From contig CM069150.1 in the NCBI GenBank assembly GCA_035221665.1, positions 36,580,001 to 36,644,000 of the forward strand: a stretch of DNA of 64,000 nt, read 5' to 3'. Source of the DNA: Okamejei kenojei. Its lineage: Eukaryota. Shown piece after piece: positions 1 to 12,849 of this stretch; within the stretch, counting starts at the first letter, position 1, and each line of letters starts with the position of its first letter. The position numbers and the translations under genes were made by a program. A model generated the notes under the pieces. That model worked only from the letters and a program-made list of their open reading frames with translations. It did no database searches and was not told where the DNA came from.

Positions 1-336
1 AGGTTAAAAATGGCCCATTCCCTAGTACTTGACATCTTGCTTGTTATTTCCTAATTACATCTGAAATATGAATTGTAAGAAAATCTATTCTGCTTTTGCT
101 GAGCGTTTTTGTTCTGCATACTTATATGTGTATCTTCCTATCATCTTTAAACGTTTACTTACATAATGTTTGCACACTTTTTGAAATAGTTACCAGCAAA
201 GACATGATTTTCCTCCGGTTTTATTTTGGGTGCGGGAGGGGAATTTCATCAAACCAGTCAAGTATAGCTTCTCTACCAGATTGTGGCATGTTAAGAATAT
301 TGGTGGAAAGTACTGTGTATTGGATGAATTGTTAAC

Positions 337-486
337 CTTAGTTTAGTTTATTGTCACGTGTACCGAGGTACAGTGAAAAGCATTTGTTGAGTGCTAACCA
401 GTCAATGGAAAAACTATACATGATTACAATCGTTCACAGTGTACAGATACGTGATGAAGAGCATAGCGTTTAGTGCAAGATAAAGT
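337..486 (-). mobile_element. LINE 3'-end-like dispersed repeat with (TAAAC)n tail, family uncertain (possibly Rex1/Babar or L2)
   Basis: tttagtttattgtcacgtgtaccgaggtacagtgaaaagc...cacagtgtacagatac recurs at ~15690-15815 (opposite strand), ~15980-16120 and ~40698-40830. Confidence 0.55.
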
Positions 487-1294
487 TGAGGAACTATTTG
501 GAAGTTTGCTTTAATCACTATGGAACATGGGCTCTATGTACAGTGTAGGATTACTAATCTAATTTCCATGCTCCAAAAATATTTTTGCCCTGGCTTCTGC
601 ACTTGCTAGAAGAAAAATCTAAGAAAACACTATGGTGAAAATTACCTGATTGTCCCACTACCCCAAACTTGCGGTGACACTTTAAAGTTCGTACAGTTTC
701 CATTCAGGCTTCATCTACCCACATTCCCTTTGCCTAATTGCAATTCCAGGGCCAAAAACTAAAGAATGTCATTCACTTGACCTGATCTTAAATTCTAAAT
801 AAAGATTAATACCAAAATAGCACAAGGGCAGCTTATAATGGCACAACCTGGAAACACAAAAACATTTTCCACTATCTTTTTTATATGGAGTTATCCGAGT
901 GCGGCTTCAAATGGCTTTGAGTTGCTGTTGTAGTAAAATTGCATAACAGACCACGACTTTTCCACATTAAGGGTAATAAAGATTGGGGATGTTTGGCTTA
1001 TATTGTGAAACAGCAACTTGCAACCTGTTGCTTCCTGCCTACATGCTTTCAGTTGTCGATGCTGAACTTGGAGTAGCTGCACTGAACTGTTCAGTGTTAC
1101 ACAGAAGACACATTTTGGAGTAGTCTGATGAATACTAATTCTTCCCTGCACTACCCGATTATGTCCCTTGGCAGGTTCACTCCTGAGTAACATGGAGAAA
1201 GATTCATAGATTGGATCTTTCTAGAGAAACTGGACAAGACAGAGGAAGTTTAGCTGCCTTCTTGTAAGCTCCATTGGTAAAAGTCACCAGTGCT

Positions 1295-1574
1295 TTACTT
1301 TAGACATACAGCATGGAAACAGGCCCTTCGACCCACTGAGTCCATGCCGACCAATGATCACCCCACACACTAGCACTATCCTACAAAGTAGGGACAATCA
1401 ACATTTTACAGAAGCCAATTAACCTATAAACCTGTACGTCTTTGGAATGTGGGAGGTAACCGGAGAATCCAGAGAAAACCCATGCGGCCACAGGGAGAAC
1501 ATGCAAACTCCGTACAGATAGCACAAGAGGTCAGGATCGAACCCGAGTCTACTGCTGCGTTACTGTGCCGCCCC
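1295..1574 (-). mobile_element. tRNA-derived V-SINE (HE1-like)
   Basis: Reverse complement of the family consensus best seen at 63348-63660 (tRNA-like head with GGTTCGATCC B box, central domain, CR1-like tail). Confidence 0.85.
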
Positions 1575-3478
1575 GATCTAACCTTTTCATGCACATGCTC
1601 TATGTCCATAGGCTTACTGATATCATTTCAATTTCTCATTCCAGGTAGGCAATGTGTTCCCTACTTGTCAAGTTAAAGTTCTGCTTTTGTCAATTTCTTG
1701 TTTAGTTTTGGAGATCCTTAAGTACACAGTTGGGTTTCTGCACGTTTACTGTTCTTAACTACGAGAAAGACCCTTTAAGTCTCTTGCACATAGAAACAAA
1801 ACTCTTTATTGGTTATGTGGCCAAAACATAATTTTTTATGACAGACACAGTTCTTTAAAATAAATTAGATGCCGTTTGTTATCCATGTCTATCCTTCCCA
1901 GCAGGTTATGCCTGTTCACATGATAGCGTTTGACTCAAAATAGGTCTCCCATTGAATCTATGACATTACCCGGCCTTAAGTAACTAAATAAGTTTGTCAG
2001 TTCACATGGGGTATGTGAATTGTATATGACTGGATATATCAAAATTCAATTGAAATAAATTAAAGTCACACAGAGGATACAAAAGCTCTTTAAACTGAGC
2101 AAAGAGAGATGTCATGATGTTAAAAAAAAAATGATTTGGCAGAGGTTCATTTTAATCTGATTTGCTCTGTATTCTTGTGTCTAAAAATCCCTAGCTGGTA
2201 AATCTGGTTGTATTTTACACAAGATCTTTATAAGAATGTTTTCAATCAGTATAACAAGCAACAGGTGGGAAAGGCAATATCACTTTTGTTGGTTATATTT
2301 TATAACTATACAAAAAATCTCACTGCTCAAATTTAAAAAATGGTAATACATTTTGACTGGGAGTCTTGTCAGACTGACTGAAATTGATTAGATAGAATGA
2401 GAATCTGTTGGCAGAGTTATTAGGTATTTAGTCTTAATGCTTTCCAGTTACCCTTAAGCAGGACGTCCTGGCTCATGAGACTACATATGGGAGGAAGGGA
2501 TGTCTGCAGTGGCCAAGTTGTGAATTTGATTTTGGATCATATCTAAAACCAGTAACAGCCCACTCCAGATAGCCAGCATCACCTTCACAATATAAAACTG
2601 CAAATATAAACTGTCACCATTTAAAAAAATATATATACTCATTTCAATCACTCCGCTCTTTACCTCAGCACATACTGCCAGATCTCTTTGATCATGCGCA
2701 GTATTTCGACCTGAGCCATTTTGTCCATATTGTCACTCCTTTCTTTATGTGCTGAAATGTATCACAACACAATTCCCTGTATAAAATTCTTGACATTTAT
2801 CTGCTCATTCTGCCAGCCCATCATTGTCATCTTGCATTTTTTAAAATGTTTCCCACACTTTTAAATTGCGTGTCATTAGCAGATTTGGCAATTCCTGGGA
2901 ACACTACTATTTATTATGTTCAATTCTGAAAAATAGCTACCCACTTTTTTCTGTTTCTGAACCAATTTCCTAATCACATTGTTACTGGCTCTTTAATTTC
3001 ACAGCCCTCTATTTTGCTAAGCATTTTGAGGGGACCTTATCTCCTGAAACCCTACATATACACAATCTCCAGCACATATTACTTCAACTATCTTCGTGAC
3101 GTTAGTAAAAAATCCAATGGGGTTAGTCAAATATGATTTTGTTTATGCTTTATGCAACTCAAACTTATGCAAATGTCTATTAATTTTATTTCCCTTATTA
3201 TTTTCAACAATTTACATGAAACCATTTTAATGTTGAAATATCCTCAAACTTCCTAATTACTGAATTTGATGAGTTGTTGGTTTCGTGTTAGTATGAAGGA
3301 AGAAATTTCAATATTAAATATCAAATATTTCATTAAAAGTGCTTTCATCTTGTAACCACAGTGATCAGAATAAAACAGCATAAGATTGTTATTTTAACAT
3401 ATTTCCACCTATTATGTTGAACACTCAATTCATAATGGAGTCCAGGGATTCACTATTTGTCCTGTGGCTAGTTGTCGT

Positions 3479-3561
3479 GTCTCGACCCGAAACGTCACCC
3501 ATTGCTTCTCTCCAGAGATGTTGCCTGTCCCGCTGAGTTATTCCATCTTTTTGTGTCTATC
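3479..3561 (+). mobile_element. Single arm of the hammerhead-bearing fold-back element
   Basis: gtctcgacccgaaacgtcaccc...tccagagatg...gctgagtta matches the family arm. Confidence 0.75.
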
Positions 3562-4104
3562 GGCAGTTATTGATATCCACCATTAGAAATATAAATGGCA
3601 GTTGTTGAAAATTTCTTTTTTTTTAAATGCCTCGAGTTAATAGTTGCACAAATGGATTTGGTTGAAATAAATTTAAATTCTCATGATTTCATGCATAACT
3701 TTCATTTATTTTATTCACATTTATTTTTGCATTGATGAAAAGGGAAAGTTAGATGTAGCTAAGTGAGAAACTGTGGCTCCTGCTTTCGCCCTTTGTTCAG
3801 GTAAATTTTTCACCAATGGCCAAAGGAAAAAGGTAGTTTCTCTTTCATTTCCCTTCCTCCTCCTCCTGCTTCTCATTCTTATTATCGTCTTTACGTTGCA
3901 CCTTATTCAGTTTCCTTTGCAAATGGTAGCAAGGCTTTCTTCTTGTGTTGTTCAGGTTGTACAGCGGGCTACCAGAAATCTTGACCACCTCCCTGTTGGA
4001 TGTGCAGAGCACACCCAGAGGCCCTGGGTATGGAGACATTATACTGGCACAATTATCAATGTTTTCCACCAAATCACCTTGCAGCAACACACTAGCTTCT
4101 CTGT

Positions 4105-4413
4105 TTAATTTAGTTTAGTTTAGAGATACAGCACGGTAGCAGGTCCTTCAGTCCACCAGGTCCACGCTGACCAGTGATCCCCACACACTAACACTATCCC
4201 ACACACACGAGGGGACAATTTACACTTTTACCAACCAATTAGCCAACAAACTTGTATGTATTTAAGTGTGAGGGGAATCCGGAGCACCCGGAGAAAACCC
4301 ATGCAGGTCACAGGGAGAACGTACAAACTCCGTACAGACAGCACCGGGAGTCAGGATCGAACCAGGATCTCTGGAGCTGGCAGCAATTTTACCACTGCGC
4401 CGCCGTGCTGCCC
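4105..4413 (-). mobile_element. V-SINE (HE1-like), near full length
   Basis: Runs from the (tttag)n tail through caggatcgaacc (B box on the minus strand) to cgccgtgctgccc. Confidence 0.88.
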
Positions 4414-5255
4414 TGTACCGTCCTTTTGACTCAAATGCCATGTGCTTGGCAGATTGCTGCCAAATGAGGCGCTCATGACTCATTCAATGATAATAATTAA
4501 TGATCTTCATACTCTCTTTACCTGCTGGTTTTTGGCAAGAGAGGATGAAGCTCTCTTTGAATAGCTCTCTCGGTGTCTTCCCAGAAGCAGCAGGTTGTGA
4601 AACATTGCAGATATCTCCACCTCCAGTGTAGTAATTCATTACCATGGTAACCCTGGCAACCACTAATAATGAGGTCCATACCCTGCTTTGAGATTGATGT
4701 CGTAGCAGAAGTATTCAGAAGATTCCAGTGAGGATGTCCTTACATTACACAATCATTTTTGCATGTTGTTCCCTATTGAGATTTGGGTTGAAGGATACCT
4801 TAGTTCGGAGGATGTCGCATCTTTTTCTCTCCTCTTTAATCCAGCATTTGTCCTCCTCATGTGTGTGCTCTGCTCACCCCATTTGCCATGCAATGTTCTA
4901 ATGGGAATCGATTTTAATGCTTCCAAGTCCGAGTGCAACTGGATAGTACAGAAGCCACACAAAGGTCTTTCTATATTTTCTACTGCACCCTCTGAAACCA
5001 TTAATAACATGAAGCAACTTTTGAAAATATCGAATACTTGTAAGTTTGACTAATAGCCAAAAGAAATAAATCAGCAAATAATCTCTATTTAGTCGATGGT
5101 GTCCTTAAATAAACCTTACATGAGTGCTACAGTTTTGCTACAGAAATTGTGTCCAAACACACAAAGACAGCATATTGGCTGTGCATTGAGGTCCACAGTA
5201 AGTACCAAATCAGCAGTCTGCACACTAATGCCATTACTAAATCTACTATTGTAGA

Positions 5256-5540
5256 TTTAGTTTAGAGTCACAGCGTGGAAGCTGTGTCGACCAAGTCCAC
5301 ACCAACCAGCAATCACCCGTACAGTTGTTATACTCTACACTCTAGGGACAATTTACAGAAGCCAATTCACCTACTAACCTGCACTTCTTTGATTTGTGGG
5401 AAGTAACCGGAGCACCCGGTGAAAACCCATGCGGTCACAGGGAGAATGTACAAACTCCATACATTCAGCACCCATTGTCAGGATTGAACCCGGGTCTCTG
5501 GTGCTGTTAGCAACATACTCTACCTCTGCGCCACCGGTGT
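5256..5540 (-). mobile_element. V-SINE (HE1-like)
   Basis: Same diagnostic blocks as 4105-4413. Confidence 0.82.
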
Positions 5541-5716
5541 GATTTGCTCTTCATACATTGGTACACAATGTAGATACCATTTTGGACCTCAAAGTTGCTG
5601 GTAGTGCTCAAAAACATGCATGTTTCTGCTTTCTTATTTGTACATCTTGTCACGTTTTGATATAGTTGCTGTTGTACAACAACTCCCCCTCCTGTCGTGC
5701 GGTAGACTGACTCCCC

Positions 5717-5717
<1 letters not shown>

Positions 5718-5773
<56 letters not shown>
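5718..5773. repeat. Poly-C tract, 56 nt
   Basis: Seen directly; it is the source of the poly-Gly and poly-Pro ORFs. Confidence 0.95.
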
Positions 5774-5776
<3 letters not shown>

Positions 5777-6029
5777 CCGCACTCCCTCCCAATCTTTGCA
5801 CATCCCCAATCCTTTCCACTCGTCACTTTAATTTCATGTTTCATATATCTTGTGTTTTATGACTGTCGGCAGATGAATTTTCCTCCTGGGATAAATAAAG
5901 TTCTATTGTATCATATCATACAGTTATTTTGATAGGTCTTTCACTTTTTTTAACGGTGCAATGGTTCTTCAACTTCCATTTGAACAATATATAAGCCAAT
6001 GTATTTTCTCCAATATGTAGAATTTCTTT

Positions 6030-6130
6030 ACAGTCCTGATGAAGGGTCTTTGACCTGAAACATTAACTGTTTCTCGTTCTGCTGATGTTACCTCACTTGC
6101 TGATTGTTTCCAGGATTTTCTCTTGTTATT
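6030..6130 (+). mobile_element. Older hammerhead-bearing element variant
   Basis: acagtc-CTGATGA-agggtctttgacct-GAAA-catt-aactgt, followed by degenerate family arm sequence. Confidence 0.6.
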
Positions 6131-6842
6131 TTGGAATGTCTTTGTAAAAATGTGCTAAAAAAGTACACATTTGTGACTCAAAAACTCATTCCCAGAAAAC
6201 GGATTTATTAAATCTGGTGCCAACAAAAATGGCATTGATAATATGCCACCATCATTGTGTGCATCATTATTGTTGGTTTACATTGATTAAGAAAATAATT
6301 TATAACAAAAGGTTTTTCAACAGGAACAATATATTTTAGCAGTATTGGGTTCCTGTCTGTAAAAGAGGAAGAATTCAGGATTTCTGTGCAGTATGTATGA
6401 TGCATAAGGGGCTGGATTTGTAAAGTGACGACCTTAGCCATTAGTCCACACAGGTGAACCTTAGCCATTAGTCCACACAGTTCATTGACTCATGCTTGAC
6501 TCATGCCATTGTGAATTAGTACATTCTACTCACTTGAAGCTCTACTACATTAAGTAATTGGTATGTTACCTTCAGAACGTATATCTGTTAGAACAGGTAA
6601 CTGGATTCCTAAGTGACCACATTTACATTCATGAAGGTTACTATTGTTAGAGTCACTGCACGTTATCCCACACTCCCTCTCCCTCTCCCCCCTACCAGTT
6701 CTGACAAATTGTTACAAGCAAATAGGGACACTAGTGAAAGGGTGTTTGCAGACTGATGCAATTCCAACAAGGAATGATTCTTGATACCTGTAATTTCTTA
6801 TTTGTTGAAATCTCCTGACTATTCCAAATCTCTAGATACTTA

Positions 6843-7079
6843 AGGGCCTGTCCAACTTTCACAACCTAATTCATGACCTCTGCTGAGTTTGCCCTTGACT
6901 CATGCTCACAGCATGGTCGTCACGAGGTCGTAGGAGGTCGTAGGTAGGTCGTAGCAGGCCGTGATGCTAGTCGTAGGTACTCGTGGCATCAAGTAGGTCG
7001 GGGCATTTTTCTGGCCTGATGAAAAATGTCCACGAGTAAAAAAGGTCGTGAATTAGGTCGTGAAAGTGGGACAGGCCCT
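6843..7079. mobile_element. PIF/Harbinger-like MITE, 237 bp
   Basis: ~37-bp imperfect TIRs AGGGCCTGTCC(A/C)ACTTTCAC...GTGAAAGTGGGACAGGCCCT, flanked by TTA/TTA. Confidence 0.85.
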
Positions 7080-7521
7080 TTAATTAGATTACCTAAATGA
7101 CAAGTGAAGTCTGAGGCAAGACGGTGTCTAGTTCTTCTGGTGCAACAATGGAACTGTACTTAGTTGATATTTATACACACACACACACAAATAACTGGTC
7201 AGTGCTCAGAATTAGGAACTTCGCTGAGTTTTTTTGAAACTCCGGGAAGGTTGGGGTGAATGGGAGGGGTAAGGGGAGGATGATCTTTTTTGGCAGGATA
7301 GGGCTATTTTGAACCTGAAAGTCAGATTTGGCACTGGAAGTCAGGACATCTCATTCACTGTGAATAAAATTTCTATTCCTATGGCGGTTCAGAGCTTAAT
7401 TGTCACATTTCACTGATTCTAACTTCATTTCTAATTTTCGAACTGAATTGAAACGCTCTCATGTTAAGTAGCCCCGAATCGTGTTGTGTTTTGTAATGAG
7501 GTCCTTTTTTTTAAAAAATAG

Positions 7522-7694
7522 GATTGATTGTGCTGGAATATTGAAGCTGAGAAATGCTGACATCGAACTGAGGAAAGGGGAGACGGACATTGGCCGGAAG
7601 AACACGAGGGTCAGGCTGGTTTTTCGAGTTCACATTCCCCAGCCAGGCGGCAGGACTCTCTCACTGCAGGCTGCTTCCAACCCCATTGAATGCT
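7522..7694 (+). CDS. NFATC2: NFATC2 (NFAT1) internal coding exon, Rel-homology domain, 173 bp
   Basis: aatag| acceptor and |gtaagt donor. Translates [57 protein letters not shown], a hallmark NFAT RHD sequence. Ends in phase 1 (T). Confidence 0.97.
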
Positions 7695-8249
7695 GTAAGT
7701 TTTCTATTACATTTAAATCTAAATTGTCAGCTTCACCGTTGAAATGCTAAACAGCATAAATTGCAACTATTCAGTTCTCCGTTTGAAATAAATTGTCAAT
7801 TCTCCTTTTTAATAATGAGCTATTTTTAACACTGATAATATTCCCCAAAATGTACTCTTTTCGTGCTATTGAATTTCATCCCACACAAACACGAGTAGAG
7901 CTGTTCTCAAGTACCGACATGCTTTCAATGGTGATAGTGCAGAATACAATGGAGTAGTAATCAGTTCCTCGTCTCGTGTGGCCACAGCACGATAGCGTAT
8001 ACACATCTTACTCCACTGCTCAAATTTCCTTCTATTGACTCCAATATAACAGTCCTTTTTTTAACCTTTATTTGTAATATATTAAACATTCTTAAGTTTC
8101 ATAGTGTAAAAAAATCCTTTTCCTTAATTTCCTCATTGGATTTAATAATGAGTATACTTAATGGTCTGTTGAACTGGTCTCGCCTACTTGGAAATATTTT
8201 GTTTGTATGCAACCCTCTCAAACCCTTTTATAATCTTTATATTCGAGTG

Positions 8250-8720
8250 TCCTCGAATAGTATCTTAAACATTACAATAGTATCGGCCTCAACTATCTCC
8301 ACCGACTTCTCGTTCCATACACCCACCACGCATTGCGTGACAAAGTTATCCCTCAGGTTCCTAATAAACCTTTCCCTACCCCCCCCCCCCCCCCCCCCCC
8401 CACCTTAAACCTATGTCCTCTGGTTCTCGATTCCCTAAAGGGCCTGTCCCACTTTCACGACCTAATTCACGACCTAATTCACGACCTCTGCCGAGTTTGC
8501 CCTTGACTCATACTCGCAGCATGGTCGTCACGAGGTCGTAGGTAGGTCGTAGGTAGGTTGTGATGCTAGTCGTAGGTACTCGTGGCATCAAATAGCTCCG
8601 GGCGTTTTTCTAACATGATGAAAAATGTCCACGAGTAAAAAAGGTCATGAATTAGGGCGTGAAAGTGGGACAGGCCCTTTACTCTGGGGAGGAGGCTCTG
8701 TGCGTCTATTCCTCTCAAGA
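8250..8720 (-). mobile_element. CR1-type LINE 3' fragment interrupted by a MITE
   Basis: Collinear with CR1 3' copies at 25550-26620 and 37895-38338; split at 8439-8678. Confidence 0.75.
8439..8678. mobile_element. PIF/Harbinger-like MITE, same subfamily as 6843-7079
   Basis: Same TIRs and internal GGTCGTAG repeats, with an extra tandem cacgacctaatt. Flanks are TAA/TTA. Confidence 0.85.
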
Positions 8721-9101
8721 TTTGGTAGATGGGTTATAAAAATAATTATTGTCAATTATTGTCCATAACTTGAGAATGGAAAAAAATACTCTGCCTAACT
8801 GTTCAAGCTCACCCAACTACATCATAATTAAGGTTGCCAATTAGACAGTTAGAAGGAATGTCCAGTGCTATTATTCAAAGGACAGTTGTTAAACATGAAA
8901 CCACTTTCAAATACAATAGACTAAAATTCACAATCTGTAAGGAGTTGTCTAGAATTGCTGCTGATTTCCGAAGGTTTGTATTTTCCAGCACCAAAACAAG
9001 CCCCAACCACAGCCTAACAGCTGCCAAAGTCAAACACCAGAAATAGCTAGAAATTTCAATACTGAGAAATGTATCTCAGAAATTTGAAAGTACTTATTCC
9101 C

Positions 9102-9230
9102 TCAGATGTAAAAAAGGACTCCCAACCCGAAAGGTCACCTATCCATGTTCTCCAGGGATGCTGCCTGACCCGCTGAGTTACTCCAGCATTCTGTGTCTTT
9201 CCTTGGTAAACCAACATCTGCAGTTCCTTT
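9102..9230 (+). mobile_element. Fold-back element arm
   Basis: cccgaaaggtcacctatcc...gctgcctgacccgctgagttactccagc...catctgcagttcc. Confidence 0.75.
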
Positions 9231-9532
9231 TTTCTTCTTTTTAACACTATTACACTATAAACTTTTAAAAGCCAAATTAAGAAAACTGCAAACCAAAATC
9301 TTTAAGCAATGAAACAAAATCAAAACTATATGGCACTTGCCAATGTACCTCGCAGCCATTCACCTTATTGAAATAAGCCTTGTTTAGCCCAGATGCATCC
9401 TGATGCAGGATGTTCATGCAAATTGCACACCATAAGCTGGCAGTTCACCAGCACAGCTCTCTACCTCCTTGCAGGGCTTGAAGAATTCAAAAAAAATGCA
9501 GCAACTCGCTGATTGCAATGTTGGAACTCTCC

Positions 9533-9840
9533 TTTAGTTTAGTTTAGTTTAGAGATACAGCGCGGAAACAGGCCCTTCGGCCCACCGGGTCCGCGCCGAC
9601 CAGCGATCCCCGCATATTAACACTACCCTACAATTAGACAATCTATCCACTTACCAAGCCAATTAACCTACAAACCTGTATGGAGTGTGGGAGGAAACTG
9701 AAGATCTCGAAGAAAACGCACGCAGATCATGGGGAGAACATACAAACTCCGTACAGACAGCACTCGTAGTCAGGATCACCTATTGGTGCAGACTCAGTGG
9801 GTTGAAGGGCCTGTTTCCGCTCTGTATCTCTAAACTAAAT
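9533..9840. mobile_element. V-SINE (minus strand, ~9533-9780) fused to an inverted SINE tail (plus strand, ~9781-9840)
   Basis: tttagagatacagcgcggaaacaggcccttc at the left end is complementary to gaagggcctgtttccgctctgtatctctaaa at the right end. Confidence 0.8.
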
Positions 9841-10114
9841 TAAATAAGCTGCAGGAGTATCTATGTGTGTCATGTTCTGGTTCTCTGGTCTCTATCCCCT
9901 GCAAATAGGCTCTGTGTTAAAAGACACCCCCCCTCTACCACATTGACCACACTTCTTCAATGCCACCTGATAATGATCATATTGTTTCCCCTTTGAACAC
10001 TAATTTCATAAGAGAACATTACACCTGTTGGCACAATTTGACCCGACAGAAATATAGTTATATCCATTATTCACAAACCTCTTGCAGTTTTCAATAGAGA
10101 TTAACAAAGTTGAT

Positions 10115-10400
10115 TTAAGAATAAGGGGTAAGCCATTTTGAATGGAGATGAGGAAACACTTCTTCACACAGAGAGTTGTGAGTCTGTGGAATTCTCTGCC
10201 TCAGAGGGCAGTGGAGGCCGGTTCTCTGAATACTTTCAAGAGCGAGCTAGATAGGGCTCTTAAAGATAGCGGAGTCAGGGGATATGGGGAGAAGGCAGGA
10301 ACAGGGTATTGATTGGGGATGAACAGCCATGATCACATTGAATGGTGGTGCTGGCTTGAAGGGCCGAATGGCCTACTCCTGCACCTATTGTCTATTGTCT
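10115..10400 (+). mobile_element. CR1-type (HER1-like) LINE 3' end
   Basis: ORF2 C-terminal remnant (FFTQRVVSLWNSLPQRAVEA), then 3' UTR gaagggccgaatggcctactcctg and a (ctattgt)n tail. Confidence 0.85.
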
Positions 10401-11104
10401 AATAGATGTCTCTCAGTTCTCCTGTAAATTATATATCTTCCTAAATTTATAAGCTTAACTGAGTCTGATTACATTATGTAAAGAACTTTCATAACAATGG
10501 CGCCACAGAAATTCATACACTTAGTTCCTGATCTAAAACAGAAGCCTGTATGATTGAGCCTAATTCTGTAAAAATATTATTGAAAACACCAACAATTGTA
10601 GAGCATTGAGCTGGCGCTGCCCAACCCCAGGTGTAAAATGAGAGACAAACTGTTATTTTTTTATATTCATTCCTGCATCTGTTTTTGATTTTAAATGTGC
10701 TGAAAACGTTGTCAGCCCTGTTCAATTTTAATTCTGCTACAATTGCATCCTTCACTCATCTGATTTAGTTATATTTGGTTTGTTAAACAGATATGTTTGT
10801 TGTGATGTTCTATTTTAAGTTTTGAAATGGAATTCATTATGCACATTGGCATTGCAGTGAGATGTCATGACAGGAATAGCTGATCAAGATCAGCACTTGT
10901 TAATAGAAACCTTCATCGAGTGAAGTCATGCATGGGCTTCACAAAACCCAGAAGTTGAGAGAGAGAGAATGAAGAGCAGTGAGGAGGCACACAATGCTTG
11001 CAGGAGCAATTCTGCTTCTTGTGTCATTAAAAAAAAAAAAAAAAAATCCTTAGTTTACCAGAGATAGGAGGACAAGTACAGTCACAATGCAAGCTGTTAT
11101 ATGT

Positions 11105-11450
11105 GCAGTTCAAGTTAAGGGGGTCAAGAGTGTTTTATTGCCATATGTCTCAGATAGAACAATGACATTTTTACTTGCAACAGCACAGCAGAATATGTAA
11201 ACATAGTACACTGTAAACAATATAATAAACGAGAAGAAAAAAATTAAGTGTATATATATATACATATACACACATATACCTACATACATATGCACACATA
11301 CACACAATAACAGTGCAAAAAGATAAAACCAATGCTCCCAAGTCTATGTAGTTCAGAGCTTATGTGGAGGTTGTAGTGTTTGATAGCCTGATGGCTGTAG
11401 GGAAGAATCTATTCCTGAACCTGGACGTTACAGTTTTTCGGCTCCTGTAC
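11105..11450 (-). mobile_element. LINE 3'-end fragment (Rex1/Babar-like, family inferred) with TA/CA microsatellite
   Basis: gtcaagagtgttttattgccatatg...tagcctgatggctgtagggaagaa resembles fish LINE 3' ends; only one copy seen here. Confidence 0.4.
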
Positions 11451-12126
11451 ACAAACCACAAATGATGGTTTTTTGCATCATTCAGTTACATTTCAAGTAC
11501 CGGCGAACCTTTTCTGGTTATCATCAATACTTTGACAAAATTATGTTCAATGCTTTTCACATTTTCCCAAATTATTATTGTTTAAAATGGTTTCGAATAA
11601 ACAGCCGCTATTTGTAAACAGCATTCTTTTCTTAAAATAGACCAACTAATGGGTGTGGGATGACTTGGAATCTAAATCATCTGGAACATCTTGTGAAAAA
11701 AAAACAAATAAAATCTGCTGATTTTATTTATATACAATTGCCCAAACACTTAATTTTCCGACATTGCAACCCGGACTGCAGCTCCAAAATGCTTCATTCG
11801 TTGAAAAGCTCTTTGGGTTGTGCTGAGGATATAAAATTGCTATGAAATGTTGTTTGTATCTAAGGTGGAGATAGAAAAATAAACTGTCTTTTGAGATTTT
11901 GTGGAGCATCTTAAATTCTTTGAGGTTCCCAAAGTTATTAATACCACATTTACATGAAGACATTGATCTTGGCTCTGTAGACAACTTCATTATGAAAATG
12001 GCTGATGGGAATATTTGCTGCAGCTGATTAGGTAGATTTAATGGTGTAAATGAGGGGATATTTATCGATACAGCAACATCTTGTACTGATGCAGTACCGT
12101 CTCCAGTGCATTGTGCCCAGGGCATC

Positions 12127-12470
12127 CAGATGATGCAGGAAAAATGTTCCCGATGTTAGGGGAGTCCAGATCCAGGGGTCACAGTTTAAGAATAAGGGAT
12201 AGGCCAATTAGAGCTGAGATGAGGAAAAACGTTTTCACCCAGAGAGTTGCTAAACTGTGGAATTCTCTGCAGCAGAAGGCAGTGGAGGCCAATTCACTGG
12301 ATGTTTTCAAGAGAGAGATAGATATAGCTCCAAGGGCTAATGGAATCAAGGGATATGGGGAGAAAGCAGGAACGGGGTACTGATTTTGGATGATCAGCCA
12401 TGATCATAATGAATGGCGATGCTGTCTCAAAGGGCCAAATGGCCTACTCCTGCACCTGTTTTTTATGTTT
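12127..12470 (+). mobile_element. CR1-type LINE 3' end
   Basis: ORF 12111-12383 reads GESRSRGHSLRIR...FTQRVAKLWNSL, the CR1 ORF2 C-terminus. Confidence 0.85.
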
Positions 12471-12565
12471 CTCTGAATCCCAAAAAAGTAGCTGTAACAA
12501 TGAAATGTACTTTCTCAAACTACTGATCATTTGCAATAAGTGTACTTTCTTTTATTTTTTTCCAG

Positions 12566-12706
12566 CTCAGAGATCTGCCCATGAGCTACCGATGGTGGAA
12601 AAGCAGAGCACAGACAATTGTTTAGTCACCGGTGGACAGCAAATGATCCTTAATGGTCAAAACTTCACAACTGAATCAAAGGTGGTTTTCACAGAGAAGA
12701 CTCCTG
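12566..12706 (+). CDS. NFATC2: NFATC2 internal coding exon, start of IPT/TIG domain, 141 bp
   Basis: Long polypyrimidine tract with ccag| acceptor and |gtgagt donor. T+CT=Ser joins the previous exon. Translates (S)QRSAHELPMVEKQSTDNCLVTGGQQMILNGQNFTTESKVVFTEKTP; SAHELPMVE and GGQQMIL match the NFATC2 paralogue. Confidence 0.97.
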
Positions 12707-12849
12707 GTGAGTCATGTTTCTCTTTTCGTTTTTTTTTTGTCTTCTCCATGTTTTTCTTTTTTGAATCCTTTGAATCCAAATTGAACTGAATCACTGATCA
12801 AATCTAAAACAAATGAATTGCATCCTTCAGCCTTTCTACTGCTTGTATA

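Noticed and set aside
3773-4108. 111-aa hydrophobic ORF
   Set aside because: It derives from a pyrimidine-rich low-complexity tract; no recognisable domain and no NFAT similarity.
5507-5862. Poly-Gly and poly-Pro ORFs
   Set aside because: They are translations of the C56 tract, with no splice context or homology.
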